A stretch of 63,543 bases of DNA, filler included, from Globobulimina sp. (Eukaryota): NCBI GenBank assembly GCA_003354225.1. It is 20 parts of 20 records of this genome, joined end to end, with 100 filler letters (N's around TTAATTAATTAA, not from the genome) between each part and the next. Parts side by side here need not be neighbours in the genome. Positions count along the whole stretch, not along the records: positions 22,292 to 25,374 come from PIVH01003776.1; positions 25,475 to 28,556 come from PIVH01003777.1; positions 28,657 to 31,738 come from PIVH01003778.1; positions 31,839 to 34,920 come from PIVH01003779.1; positions 35,021 to 38,102 come from PIVH01003780.1; 15 more parts are not named here. The stretch is one strand, 5' to 3'. Below the pieces are notes generated by a model. That model was not told the origin of the DNA. It was given only the letters and a program-made list of their open reading frames with translations, and did no database searches. The translations under genes were made by a program, and so were the position numbers. The stretch's first letter is position 1. Each line of letters begins with the position of its first letter. Of this stretch, positions 22,705 through 35,931 are shown in pieces.

Positions 22705-22771
22705 GGACAGGAATAGTTTTTAGAGTTATATAAAAAAACTGAGAGCCAATATCTAAAACAGTAAGTTCTGA

Positions 22772-23938
22772 ATGAGAGCCAATATGAGTAGATCAAGAAA
22801 GCGCAGGAACAAAAAAGCGCAACAATCGCAATCAGCACAAAAGAGTCCAGAACCGAAATTTGTTAAAACTTGTAAAAAATTATACAAACAAATTACAGCA
22901 TTCTGTGAAAGCAAAGTATTTCATAAATTAATCCCAACCAATGATAAATTCTGCACTGAGTATAAATCAATAAATCCTCATCCAATTTCATTCGGTTAAG
23001 TCTTTTATAAAAGTTTTCATTCCGCAATTTCGCACTCATACAAATCCAACAAAACAGAAACAATAAAATGCCGATTATATTCAAAGCCATGTTACTATGC
23101 CAATTACGAGGCATTTAATGAAGATGTAATGAAAATATTTGATCAAGAAAAGAGATTAAAAAAATATAAAGGAAATAACGTCAATGTTAAGAAAAGAATG
23201 CTAAATTCGAAACAGGTCAACAATTATTGGAACACATTAACTGCTTCGTATAAACAGTATGGATTTGATGCCATAGAGAATAATAACAACGACCATGATG
23301 ATGACAGTAAAGAGGAGCCTGAGGAGGACAATGATATTAATTATGAGAATTATGACAATAAACAAAAGAAAAAAGAAACAAAAAAGCAGAAACAGAAAAA
23401 AAAACTATTAAGCGACATCAAGAAAAGAGTAAAGAGACCCGACGAGGCGTTGCAATTACAATCGCCAAATAAAAAAAGGAAATTATATAATCCAAATAAT
23501 CAAAATACTAAAACTGAAATAGGTGAATCGCCGTATACGCCATTTGCAGATAAAAGCCGTGTTTTTAAACAAATGATAGGAAATTCGGATGAGCTGTTTA
23601 AGAATTTACAAGGACCAGAAAGTGGAGTAGCTATTCGACAGCGATTGGATTTCACGCGAGACAAAGATAAAAATCATAATAAAAATGTGAGTGATGGCAG
23701 TGAGGATGGCAGCGATGAGGAGGATGTCGATGGTGATGATGATGATAAACAAGATAATGATAATATGATTGAGCATACTTTTCAGATCAAATGGAAATAT
23801 GAGGATAGCGCAGAGGTACAATGTTTGGAGATTGAGGCAGAAAGAATGGACAGCGCAGTGAAAAAATTTTATGGCATTCATTCCCCATCGCAAGTTAAAA
23901 TCATGACGGTGACACTCACAAGAAATGCATATTTCTGA
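22772..23938 (+). CDS. Divergent bromodomain-like nuclear protein; 2 exons
   Basis: Intron 22995..23057 yields EYKSINPHPISFETIKCRL...YEAFNEDVMKIF, a bromodomain-like pattern; Lys-rich and acidic tracts follow. Confidence 0.65.
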
Positions 23939-24376
23939 CATCTAATATTATAAATTGACTATTTGCAAATACCCCTACGGTACAACGCAATGCTGTGTAA
24001 GTTTGTGTATAAATGATTTGGTATACAAATTTACAGCGATTGAGATGTTTTTTTTTGTAAATAGGCAATGATTTGTGTTCTTTTCAGTGTATTTGAATTA
24101 TTATCATGTATAGCAAGGTCCGCAACGAGCTACGGAAACAAAACAAGTGCGTTGGTTAAATGTTTTTTGAGTGAAAAGTGTGGCTCCACTCTCATATCGT
24201 TTATGTTGTGGACAATACCTTTTCGTCTTTGTTCTTTTTTTTTTAAACACATATCATAACTTATCATCATATATATATCATATATATATTGTATTAAAAG
24301 TTAGTATTTTAGGCGATCTAAGTACATTTTCCCATTTAATTCATAATAATAATCAGCACTCGAATCCACACCAAAA

Positions 24377-25374
24377 ATGCATAAAAAAAGACCAAACAAA
24401 CATTCAAAGAGTAAAAGCAATACGTTACATTTCGGTGGTCGCCATTCATTGATCAATAAATATAAATCCAAAATTAAAAGCAACAATTCAAACTCCAGCA
24501 AACATAATAAAAATACAAATAAAAATAATCTCAGTCATGCTGATAATCACAATCTAAATCATTCAGACAAAGCGCAATTCAAATTGCCGCCATTAACACA
24601 GCTCGAAAACAACAGCAATAACAATATCCAATCAACTTCCTTTAACTCCATCACCATCAACAACAACATCTTAGTACATACATCGCCCTCCGCCTCTCAC
24701 TCCATATATTACACACAAACACAAAAGGGTCGATTGGATGCCACCATCTCCATTTCGTCTGAAACCAATTACCAGCGCGTCTTCCAGCAGCTACCTCCTT
24801 CGCCCTCTGCTTCCTACTCCTTCTCGGACAATAATTCCATCACAAATCCAGATTTCATTGTGATTGAACCACAAATACAGCACCAACATCAACATCACCC
24901 CCATCACCAATTCCATCCACCGCAACACAAACATTTCACCAACTTCCCACCACCCAAAACCTTCAAATTTGATGATGCTGACAACGATAATCCCAAATAT
25001 ATGACCAATATATTAATCACAAACAATGTCTCCAATCAATCCACGCAATCACAGACCTCATCGCAACCGCCATCCGCTGCAATCACGCCCACCACAAATA
25101 TTATCAATGCACAGATATCTCCTTCAAACTTGTCACACTTATCCCATACTGAAAGATTTCAGCAGTTACAACCCGACCCCTCCTCTACGGCGATGACACC
25201 AACGCCTTCACCGTCGGCGCCAAACTGGTCCTCTTCACCGATGCATCCAATGTCACTCAATTCGAGCTCTCCAAATCTGTCCAATTTAGATCTCAACACA
25301 AACCCAAACAACAACGACAACAAAAACAATGAGGACTGTAACAATACGCTCGCGAAACCTAAGCGGTATGGTTC
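24377..25374 (+). CDS. Low-complexity N/S/H/P-rich protein, 3'-truncated
   Basis: About 1 kb open frame running into the spacer; no domain visible. Confidence 0.55.
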
Positions 25375-25474
25375 NNNNNNNNNNNNNNNNNNNNNNNNNN
25401 NNNNNNNNNNNNNNNNNNTTAATTAATTAANNNNNNNNNNNNNNNNNNNNNNNNNNNNNNNNNNNNNNNNNNNN

Positions 25475-26160
25475 TAAATGGTATACAATCACAACAATTG
25501 AATGGATTAATTGCATGAAAACGAGGTAAAGACAAAGCAGCCTTTTTTTCGCAGTTGAACCGCAATGCAAATGCATATCTAAACGCTATTTTTAGTAAAC
25601 GAAAACTGAGACATGTCTTAATTATAAACAATGCGAATTGTATATGTTGTGGCGAACCAATTGACAATCACGGAGACCATGGCGTAATTTGTAAACATGG
25701 CAAGGGCATAATTAATATACAAACACGACTGCTTGTTTTAGGGATATCGTCATTATTAAAAACAGTAAAAATCACACATTCGATTGAAAAGCGACACATC
25801 TTTGACAATAACAACATGAAACCGGCGGATATCTATATTAATTCAGAAAATTGCTGCAGTCAGAAAATTGAGTGCTGCAAATTACTTTTATCGACACAAA
25901 ATCAATAAGTATGAGAATTATTTAAATCAAAATCGGGATAAAATTAAAGATTTAATATATCTGCCATTAATATTTGAAGATTATGGTGGAATGCACAGAC
26001 AAACAATAAAATTTATTAAAAGGGTCGCTAAGTTAATTGAGAGCAGCATCAATCAACGAAGAGATTACAATATCAACAGGACATTGTTTTGAATTTTTAT
26101 CATCGAAACTAAGCAATTAAAGCAAAGCGAATGCCGTTTCGTTATTGCATCATTAGTATT
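25475..26160 (+). mobile_element. Decayed non-LTR retrotransposon 3' region (CRE-like, restriction-like endonuclease domain)
   Basis: CCGEPIDNHGDHGVICKHG zinc motif, KPADI, KINKY and PLIFEDYGG, spread over shifted frames. Confidence 0.75.
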
Positions 26161-26575
26161 AGTTTTCAAAAAAGTGTGACAAACTGAACGCAAGTTTCGA
26201 ACTAACTGTCTCGAAAAACTTTGACTATGTCTAACAGGATTGCTTGCCAGCAGCGTGGATTAATAAATAGTTTATAATTCATTTGGAAAATAAACCTCCA
26301 CATAGAAAATCGATAATGGCAAATCTCACCAAAGTCGCGCAGATATTACTTATTTATGCAATAGTGATGATAATGAAAGCCAAGCGAGCAAGGAAGTTGG
26401 ATCATATAAAAGAATGGCATTTATCTCTCTATCACAGATTTTATCTCTCCAATTATGGCTCATTTAAATGATGGACGAGATTTTTTGGATAAAAGTAACG
26501 TAGAATTGGATTTTTGTTTCATTAATAATTCAACTTCTGAACCTCTCAACCTCTCAACCTCTCAAACCTCTGACT

Positions 26576-27118
26576 TTAATGCATTTCTTTTAATGATACC
26601 TCGTCATTCCTTTGATATATATTCACCAAACGATCTAAATTATTACCTGACGGATCCTCTGGATCCTCTTCAGTCAATACCTCAAATCGATTTAATTCAT
26701 CACCATTCCATGTAAATGCAGCACAACGGTCACTGTCAAAAAATAACATACCACGTCCTCCACCTTGTAAACTTTGATTTTTTCCCCGGAGGGCAGCACC
26801 ACGGCCTCGCCCACGACCAGAAACTGCACGTCTCCCACGGCCAGAATGCCCAGAAACACCACATTGGCCACATACTGCAACCACGCCTTGTTTAACTCCA
26901 CGGACACCATAAGGATCACCGATGCTTTTTCCTGCCGCAATTTGCTGCGCTTGGAATGGCGTCAAACCATTTACAATTATACCAAGCTCTCGTACCGTTG
27001 CCCAACATTGAATTACTGCATCTTTAATTTTCTTATATGATACATTATTTGCAGAAAACACATAAAAGTAGACATTTTGGACACAGTTTTTATGCCACAG
27101 AAAATAAACGGGGGACAC
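26576..27118 (-). other. Possible ORF or transposon remnant with CxxCxxxGH and RG repeats
   Basis: CGQCGVSGHSGRGRR; no good start codon. Confidence 0.3.
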
Positions 27119-27137
27119 TAAATCCTCTAATTCTTAC

Positions 27138-28276
27138 ATGTCAACAGCAGTACAGCCAAAAAAACGTGTGTGTATAGGTGGTGGTGCAGGTTTCATTGGT
27201 TCTCATTTAGCAAAAAGATTACGTGATGAAGGTTGTTATGTGGTTGTAGCAGATCGTAAAGTTCATGAATTTTGGGAAGAGAAAGAATATTGCGATGAAT
27301 TTTTGAAGCGTGATTTGCGTTCATTGTCAAATTGCATTCAAGTAACACGAAATTGTGATGAAGTGTATAATTTGGCGGCAGATATGGGGGGAATGGGCTT
27401 TATCCAATCAAATGAATCGGTTTTGATGTTTAATAATACAATGATATCATCCAATATGTTAGAGGCCTCCCGCAGGAATGGCGTGGATCGATATTTTTAT
27501 TCCTCGTCGGCCTGTTGTTATAATGAGAAGAAACAGTTAGATGCAGACAACCCAGGATTAAGAGAACACGATGCATGGCCCGCATGGCCGCAAGACACGT
27601 ATGGTTTGGAAAAATTATACGCCGAAGAAATGGTAATGATTTATGGCCGAGATTTTGATATTACAACAAGGATTGCACGCTTTCATAACATTTATGGCCC
27701 TCACGGCACCTGGAGAGGTATAGAGAAATTTCTATTATTTTCTTATTCTTTTTATATATTTCTATATATATAGGAGGCAGAGAAAAGGCGCCGGCGGCAT
27801 TCTGTCGTAAAGCAGCGGTGGCGTCGAAAGGTTCAGTTATTGAAATCTGGGGTGATGGTAAGCAAACGCGTTCATTTTGTTATGTGGACGATTGCGTGGA
27901 AGGAATAATAAGATTAATGAAAAGTGATTATGATAAACCCATTAATATCGGCAGTGATGAGATGATCTCAATTAATGGATTGGTACATTTAGCGCTATCC
28001 TTTGATAATAAACAAAATATGGATGTAAAATTAAAACATATTGCAGGCCCGGAAGGAGTGAGAGGGAGAAATTCTCAAAATTCGTTAATTAAACAGGTTT
28101 TACAATGGGCGCCACAAATTACATTAAAAGATGGTCTCAGTCGTACTTATAAATGGATAAAACAGCAATGTGATATTATTCAAAATAGCAAAGATGGCTC
28201 AACAATAGATTTGCAAACATCTACCATTGTAAAACAAAATGTGTCTGAATTGAATGACTTTAACTTTGACATTTAG
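27138..28276 (+). CDS. GME: GDP-mannose 3,5-epimerase; 2 exons
   Basis: GGAGFIGSH, NLAADMGGMGFI, SSAC and YGLEK; intron 27718..27773 gives GTWRGGREKAPAAFCRK; GPEGVRGRNS. Confidence 0.95.
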
Positions 28277-28656
28277 TTCGACACTCTATTTATTTATTGA
28301 CTGACTACGCTCAGATGTTCCTCTGGTTTTGCAAGTAGACTCTTTATAATATATTACAGTAATTTTTAGTCATTAATTTGTTGATTATTATCAAAATCAT
28401 TAGTGTCATTATCATTGTCATCGTCTTGATCATCATTTGATTGTTGCGGTTGTTGTCTGGTAATTTGTGGTTTTGTCATTCCGACACCAATTTGAAATCC
28501 AATGCCTGTATTCTCAATATTATAATTTGGAGTATGATCGATTGCATTGCTATCATNNNNNNNNNNNNNNNNNNNNNNNNNNNNNNNNNNNNNNNNNNNN
28601 TTAATTAATTAANNNNNNNNNNNNNNNNNNNNNNNNNNNNNNNNNNNNNNNNNNNN

Positions 28657-29527
28657 GATATTTCTCACTTCTTTTTGTACCCAGTCCTAACTTGAAAAAC
28701 CTCTCAAGTTCTAACTGACAAACTCTATCATCGGAGACTGACTCCATATTCATAGCATAGCCGAGTGTGGCTTCGTTTTGCACATATTTTTCATCCTCAT
28801 CTTCATCGTAATAGCTGTGATGTGAATCATTGCCAAATTGTCGCACTGTGTATGGCATTAAAAAGCCATTCTTCTCTTCTTTATCAGCTGGGATATCTGC
28901 AATATATTTATCATTATTGAACCGTGATGAAATGGTTTGTTTTTGTTTGAATATTTTGCTCAATAAATAAATATATGGCTCCTTTGCCTTTGTGTTTGTA
29001 TTAAGATTGGAAGAAATATCAAGCTCTAAATGATATAAATTATGTTTTATAGCAAAGGTTTGTGCCTCGTCTACGTAGTTTTTAATATTAATGGCATTGA
29101 CATTTGTTTCTTGAATACCTAATAACAAACAGGGTGTGTTTTTTTTAATGGTTTGCTTTATTTCATCCATACATTCTTCCAAATGATATAACGAGTCAAT
29201 ACAATGTATGTTGTACGTAAATATTAAGCCATCAACGGATGGATTATTACCATGTGACATATATTTAAGAGTATCTGCGAAAAATATTATATTTCGTGGT
29301 GAGTCATAAATAACTGTTTTAATTTCCGGTAATTTGTGACCGATATTAAATGCTTCAATCTTGAATGTAATGTTAAAAATTATTTTGTGTTCTTTTGTAC
29401 CGTTAAACCAATGAGATTTGCCGACATTGGAACCAAACAATAATATTTTCACTCTTGATTTGGCCGTAATTTCATTGTGTGTATCAATTGATTTGTTGTC
29501 TAGTGTTGTTGTTGCCTTGTTTCCCAT
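28657..29527 (-). CDS. Divergent Ras-superfamily GTPase-like protein, predicted myristoylated, truncated
   Basis: MGNK start; KILLFGSNVGKS, DGLIFTYNIH and PCLLLG follow small-GTPase strand order; DxxG and NKxD are absent. Confidence 0.6.
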
Positions 29528-29731
29528 GTAAAGAACTTTAACAAAATGGGTTTGTTTTAATTATTTTTAGTGTTCAGTTGAATCCATGGCAATAATTGCA
29601 TCCACTGTTTCAGGACCAACCTACGATGGAGCTTTTGCAGTAATAACATAAGTATTCAATTATGACAATGAAAGTTCATAATCATTGCGTAGGGGGAAAC
29701 GCCGCCAAATTAACGATAATATTTATAAAAC

Positions 29732-31738
29732 ATGTTACAAGTGTTATTACATTGGAAACCAAATTCTATTCGACAAAATAAATGCAAATTATACAATGCT
29801 GATCAAGCCGCAATAGAAGTTTCTCTGATGGTGAGTATGGAAATTGGCAATGATACATTAATAATTAAATCAATGGATACACGCTTACATCAAATTGAGT
29901 TTACTGATATTGATGCGATGATTTCCGGCATTCGTGAATTGAATAAAGATATTTTCAAAAGAAAAGGAATGAGAGGCTCCAATTGTTTATCTATCATAAA
30001 TTCAGATAATTTGCTTCATCTACAATTTAACAATCAGTCACAAAGAGATTTTTGGTTTAAATATATTCATAAAAACATTGTACGAACAGGTAAACATTGG
30101 AACGGTTATCATCAACAAAACAACTCTGACTTTTCGAGCATAATACAATATTCTAAACAATTGGAAGAGAAGAAAGACTCACAAAATAATCAAAATATTC
30201 AAATAAAGGATATTAATGACATAATATTAACACCAGACAGATTACAACGAATCGGCATTTTGTTGGCCGGCGCTTATTTCAGAGCACCCAAAATGTCATC
30301 AATTCGCGATATGTTTAATGTTTTTAGCACAGCGAAACATGAATTTAAAGACGAAATATTTGTGATATTAAGCAAAGACAGTGTAAATTCTCCGAGATAT
30401 ACTCATTTAAAATGGAGCAAAACCAGACATTTAATCAAATCTGACGATACATTGATGAATTCATGTTATATCGGATACATTGCCTCCATTTCAGTCAACG
30501 CATTAGTAAGCAATCATGATCAGGCAAACGAGGAACAGGATGGCAATGTATTTTTTATTAAGATTGAGTGGAATAAACAAGCTGCGGTACAGTCGTTGGT
30601 GTTATATCATTATGATTTGAATTTTCTATGGTATTTTGCTAAAGCATTAACATATTGCGTGGAGACAAAAGGAATTAAAAATAAACCATCCATAACAGAA
30701 CAAACAACTAAAATAAATGTGTTGTGTGCTTCATATAATGTTGGCGCATCTTCTCCGACACAATCATTACGATCATGGTTGAAACCAAATGTTTTGAATA
30801 ATATAATCCCGGATTTTTATGCGATATCTTTGCAAGTTAAGATACATGAAAAATATGTTTTTGTTTACATTTTATTTATAAATGATGTTTGATTATAAAA
30901 CAGGAAATAATTGATTTAGGATCCAAACATTTATTAGCAAACCATCAATATGAATGTTTTTGGGAATCAGCAATTTACAAATTATTATCAAAAGATTATG
31001 TTAAAATAGAATCGATTGTGCGTGGCGGATTGGTGTTATTTTTATTCGCCAAAAAGAATATAATTCCACAAATTACAAACATTGCGTTTGGAGGATTCAA
31101 TGTGGGTACAATGGGAATAGCAAACAAAGCCGGCATCGCGATCAGAATAGAAATTGGTGAGCAACGAATTTGTTTTATTGCAGCACATTTGCCGTCGGGA
31201 ATGCAGTACAATACATTGAGAAATGATGCATTTTACCGGATTTATGCACATTTAACGTTTGAAGGTGATGAGAAAATGCAAGATATTGATGTTGAAGATC
31301 ATGATATAATATTTTTTTTTGGTGATTTGAATTATCGATTAAATATTGATAAATCACAAATTGGTTCAGTTTATAGTTTGATTAAACAAAATAAAATACA
31401 AAAATTATTGAAATATGATCAATTAATTGAATCTAAGCGGAGAAATAAAGCATTTCAAGGATTTATAGAATCGGAGATTAAGTTTTTACCGACATATAAA
31501 TATCAACCTGGAACTGGCAATTTTGAAATGAGAAAAAATAAAGTATTGAGAATGCCAAGTTATACCGATAGAATTTTATATAAAATATCAAAAAGAAATA
31601 TTGATATTAAAACGATTGCATATGATTCAGTTAATAATTTATCATTATCTGACCATAAACCTATTTATGGTTTATTCCAAATTAATATTTCAAATGATTT
31701 TGTTGAGAATGATAGATATTCATTGGAATTGACACGGT
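29732..31738 (+). CDS. Inositol polyphosphate 5-phosphatase with PH-like N-terminal region; 2 exons, truncated
   Basis: SYNV; intron 30836..30903 gives SLQEI; NKAG, AHL, GDLNYR, PSYTDRIL and SDHKPI motifs. Confidence 0.92.
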
Positions 31739-31838
31739 NNNNNNNNNNNNNNNNNNNNNNNNNNNNNNNNNNNNNNNNNNNNTTAATTAATTAANNNNNN
31801 NNNNNNNNNNNNNNNNNNNNNNNNNNNNNNNNNNNNNN

Positions 31839-32104
31839 CCTAAATAAGCATATCTGCATCCACCACGTGCAAATGGTTCCATTTGAATCGAATATTTTAT
31901 ATGTCTTCTTGTCTTCTTTGGTCTTCCCAATGCACAACAATTTCCACAGAAGTCAAAACAGTTCTTATTTGCACAATGATACATAACTTTAGCAGTCCGG
32001 ATTGGATGCTCGCAACTTCCACATATAAGCCAATGATCATGATCGTATTGTTGTTTGGGTGTTGTTTTGCTCATTTTGGTTCCACAGGGACAATACACAG
32101 TCAT
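31839..32104 (-). CDS. Alpha-kinase (eEF2K/MHCK-like) N-terminus with Cys/His zinc-finger-like module, truncated
   Basis: EPFARGGCRYAY matches the first alpha-kinase subdomain; preceded by CGSC...YHC...FDFCGNC. Confidence 0.72.
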
Positions 32105-32252
32105 GTTGAGCTTGTGTGTTCCGGAGTTCAGTCTGGCTAAACTGCCGACGATATTAGCTTGTCGCTTTGAGATTTTGCGGTTAATCTTTTCGATCTACTG
32201 TAGCATCTACCAAATCAAGAAAGAGCTTGAAATACAAAATATAAAATAATTA

Positions 32253-33605
32253 TCAGACTTTAGTCAACACTATTTTATTATGTCTCGTCCACAACCTATC
32301 CGTAATACAGATACAAATAAATGCACAACATTGTATTGCTAAAATTATTTGCAATAAAACTGTAAAACTAAACCGTTTCACAATATGAGGGCCAATAATA
32401 ATCCCCGTCACAGTCGATAATCGATTGACAGTACCAAAAAATAAAGCAATTCTACTTTCTAATCCTTTTGGTGCCAATTCCAACATCACAACAATTAAAC
32501 TTAAGTACACATGCTCGAAAAATACTGTATATATAAATACAATGATCCATACAATCAGTTGATTGAAAATATTTAATTTCATCACAATCGTCCAACAAAT
32601 GATTGATAACAAACCTCCAAAATTGGTGACAACACTTATTTTCATATTGCTTATTTTATATTTTTGTAAAAATGAGATGGATAAAAATCCAGTCAGTTCC
32701 GATGCAGTAATTACAAGTGTTGAAATACCCAATTTCTCCGGATCCAGTTCAAATTCTTCCGTCATCCACGCACCAAATGATGCTAAATACGAATTATATC
32801 CTAATGCAATACAAAAAAACGTCAAGTAACAAAAATAAATATGGTAATGTTTCCATATGCGTACATCGCTATTATTGTCCGTGTTTAATATTTGTTTTTG
32901 TGATTCTGATCTCGATCGCATTGCAATGGCGTCCGAGACTGTACATTTTGGCAATAAAAAGCAACATATCGCTGCGATTAAGGCACACACTGCGACATAA
33001 TACCAAACATAATCAACATTTAATTGTTTTAATATGATCCCAACAAATACCCAACTTATTGTGCTTGACCACCATCCACATTCGCAGAATATTATAGCTT
33101 TTGCCATTTCATTTGATTCATTGTCGACATCTTTCTTTAAAAAAGTGCTTAAAATTCCTCGTATTTGTGCTTGAATGAATGTACATATAAAACCAATGAG
33201 CATTCGGACAATGAATAAGGAAATAAATATATTGGAAAAAGATAGGAAAATATATAAAATGCATATACTCATTGCCAACAAAAACAGCGTCAAATCTATT
33301 CGTATGTTATTAAATGAAAATGGTGTTAAAAGAATTGTAAATAATCCACCGAAGTCATACGCTGCTAAAACATATGAGAATGATTCAATTGACATGTAAT
33401 AAAATGTAGAAAATTCCTGGCTGAACGGGAATAATAACTTCCGCGAACTATACACATTCCAAAATATGAAAAAAAATATAAATACATCACATTTGTTAAT
33501 TTGGCGAAATCTGCCCAGTTTTTGTGGTAATATTGTTCCATATGTCTCGATGTTAACTGTCGAGTCTATCGAATTTATTGCTGTTGATTCACCTTTATTC
33601 GACAT
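32253..33605 (-). CDS. Major facilitator superfamily transporter
   Basis: 450 aa, about 12 TM in two halves with a central loop; LFIVRMLIG. Confidence 0.82.
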   Translation of the reverse strand: MSNKGESTAINSIDSTVNIETYGTILPQKLGRFRQINKCDVFIFFFIFWNVYSSRKLLFPFSQEFSTFYYMSIESFSYVLAAYDFGGLFTILLTPFSFNNIRIDLTLFLLAMSICILYIFLSFSNIFISLFIVRMLIGFICTFIQAQIRGILSTFLKKDVDNESNEMAKAIIFCECGWWSSTISWVFVGIILKQLNVDYVWYYVAVCALIAAICCFLLPKCTVSDAIAMRSRSESQKQILNTDNNSDVRIWKHYHIYFCYLTFFCIALGYNSYLASFGAWMTEEFELDPEKLGISTLVITASELTGFLSISFLQKYKISNMKISVVTNFGGLLSIICWTIVMKLNIFNQLIVWIIVFIYTVFFEHVYLSLIVVMLELAPKGLESRIALFFGTVNRLSTVTGIIIGPHIVKRFSFTVLLQIILAIQCCAFICICITDRLWTRHNKIVLTKV

Positions 33606-33621
33606 TCACCTTTAGTTCTAC

Positions 33622-34249
33622 TTGAAAGTTTTCGTAAATCAAGCAAATCCTGAAATCGAAATCAATCAACAACAAGCAACCGGAACAGCGACACAATCTG
33701 TTACAACCAACGTCTCTTCCTCTCGGTGCTGCAATTTTTCGTGGTGTAGCAAATATGAGTATGCATATTTACAAATGAAACATGTTGTTATTGCTTGGGC
33801 ATTCACACAACTTTCTCACCTGTTTTTGGCTATGCGGACTAACTGTATATTTGATTCAAATCCAGGCTATGGTCGATATGATTGTTGGTGTAGTTGGTAT
33901 TATTTTTGGTAGTTATGAATTTTTTGGAACATGGAAAATGAATGAAAAGGTTTTAAGACTATTTTATTATGCTGCAATATTCGTATTGGTATTAATAGTT
34001 ATTTGTGATTCCTTGTTAGTAATTTTATTTTTTATCGACGCCATTGAGGCACCATCAGGCACTCAAAAAATAACCGATGAAGTCATGATTGCATTATTTT
34101 TTTCTGATATGATCTCTGGAGTTGCAATTTGGGGATATTGTGTGTACAAAATTAGACAATTTTATTTATTGGTATTCTCTCATTATCATCAATTGTCCGA
34201 TAATGCGAATCCAAAACAGAAACAATCTGACAATACAGCACGGATTTAA
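33622..34249 (+). CDS. Four-TM hypothetical membrane protein, apparent frameshift near 33812
   Basis: Two overlapping ORFs join into a continuous hydrophobic helix; no clear ATG start. Confidence 0.5.
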
Positions 34250-34645
34250 ATTATAAAATGTTCATTGTTTTATTCTTTTTCGAATGTTGGTTATATTTGA
34301 AAACTCTTATTTTGTTTAGTGAATGAGAAATGTATAAATTTATGTATTGTGACGTGATACAGTGTGTTTATTTGGACTAGTTTTGATTTTGTGTGGACTA
34401 GCAAACTGAGAGCGTTTTTAAATGAGCAAACTGAATTTCCTGATGGCAAAAATTGAACCTACCTCCACTAACAGTTTCACTATTGTTGGAATGTCACCTT
34501 CACAGTTCACTATTTGTTGGAAAATAACCAAACCACACCGTTCAAAAAAAAAAACACAAGCACTGCAACATTAATTATTGAAACATAATTTTGAAAAACG
34601 GATGTTACCAATGACGTAATACCCACGCAACTCCACATATTTATA

Positions 34646-34920
34646 ATGCAGAAAAAGAATCAGATTATTCCGCAAGGAGTGGCAGATAAAATCTGTTCAG
34701 AAGAATTAGCACCACCAACCTTTTTATTATATTGTGTGACCTGGAACTTAGCTGCAAAACTCCCATCACTCAATGACTTGTCATATTTATTGCCAATAAC
34801 ATTTGATATTTATGTTATTTCCACACAAGAATGTGCTCAATCAATATCTGCCAGTTTTATACCATTGCGATCAACGATCAATATCAATAAATGTACTAAA
34901 TTATTAGTAACATATTTTGA
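34646..34920 (+). CDS. Inositol polyphosphate 5-phosphatase N-terminus, truncated
   Basis: VTWNLAAK and DIYVISTQEC motifs. Confidence 0.8.
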
Positions 34921-35931
34921 NNNNNNNNNNNNNNNNNNNNNNNNNNNNNNNNNNNNNNNNNNNNTTAATTAATTAANNNNNNNNNNNNNNNNNNNNNNNN
35001 NNNNNNNNNNNNNNNNNNNNAATGAATAGTCCTAATCATAACAGAAAGTTTAATCTGAATCAGAATGGAAATGGAAATGATATAAAAAATACTAAAATTA
35101 ATAATGGCAACAATAATGCGAATAGTATGACTCCTCCAAATGTTCAAAATCAAACAAGCAATGCTGTTGACACAGATAGGCCAAAGTTAGGATGCTTTAA
35201 ATTGGTCAAAAAAGATGTTACTGATCGACCAATGTATATTCCTGTATTTCCTTTGAAAGGATTTTGGAAATCACGGAAACAGTTTGTATGATTCAAATGC
35301 ATCAAAATAATGTCACACTTTTGTCCTTATTCTGTTTGAGATTGGGATAATCAGAGGGTGTCAACAACGATGCGACTTCAAGTCGTTATATACTAATTCG
35401 AGTGTACTTGTTTCGATGGTGATGTTTCTTTTCAATTTTATTCCCACCATCCTTTTGCTGTTTGACTCAATTTGAGGTTTTTGAGAGTCACTAAAAAACC
35501 GTTTTCATCCATTGCTCTTACAGCAGTAAAGCGAAATGTATTTATCATGCATGTGAGATCGATGAGATTCCGACTAAGTTTGTTTTCAAACATCAAAATC
35601 CATTCAATGAAGTTTATATACATACCACGTTAGCATTGCATGGATCGTTGTGAGGTTTATTTAAACTTAAATGACTCATCAAATAATTAATATCAATTAT
35701 TGCATTCCGTAAGTGCATAAATTAAATGTTTGACGTAATTAAAAGAACTAAGAATATTATTAAACGCAAACAAAAAAACAAAGATTGAACAGCAAAAAAA
35801 AAAGAAACAAATATTCTTATAACAAAAAGTTAATACACAAAGAATGTAACACACACTGCATTTATTTGTACCATATTTTGTATATATATATTTTGTACGT
35901 ATTAGTATTTAAGCGATGTACATATAAATAC

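Noticed and set aside
35300..35640. Possible decayed ORF on the minus strand
   Set aside because: Several stops and no family I can support.
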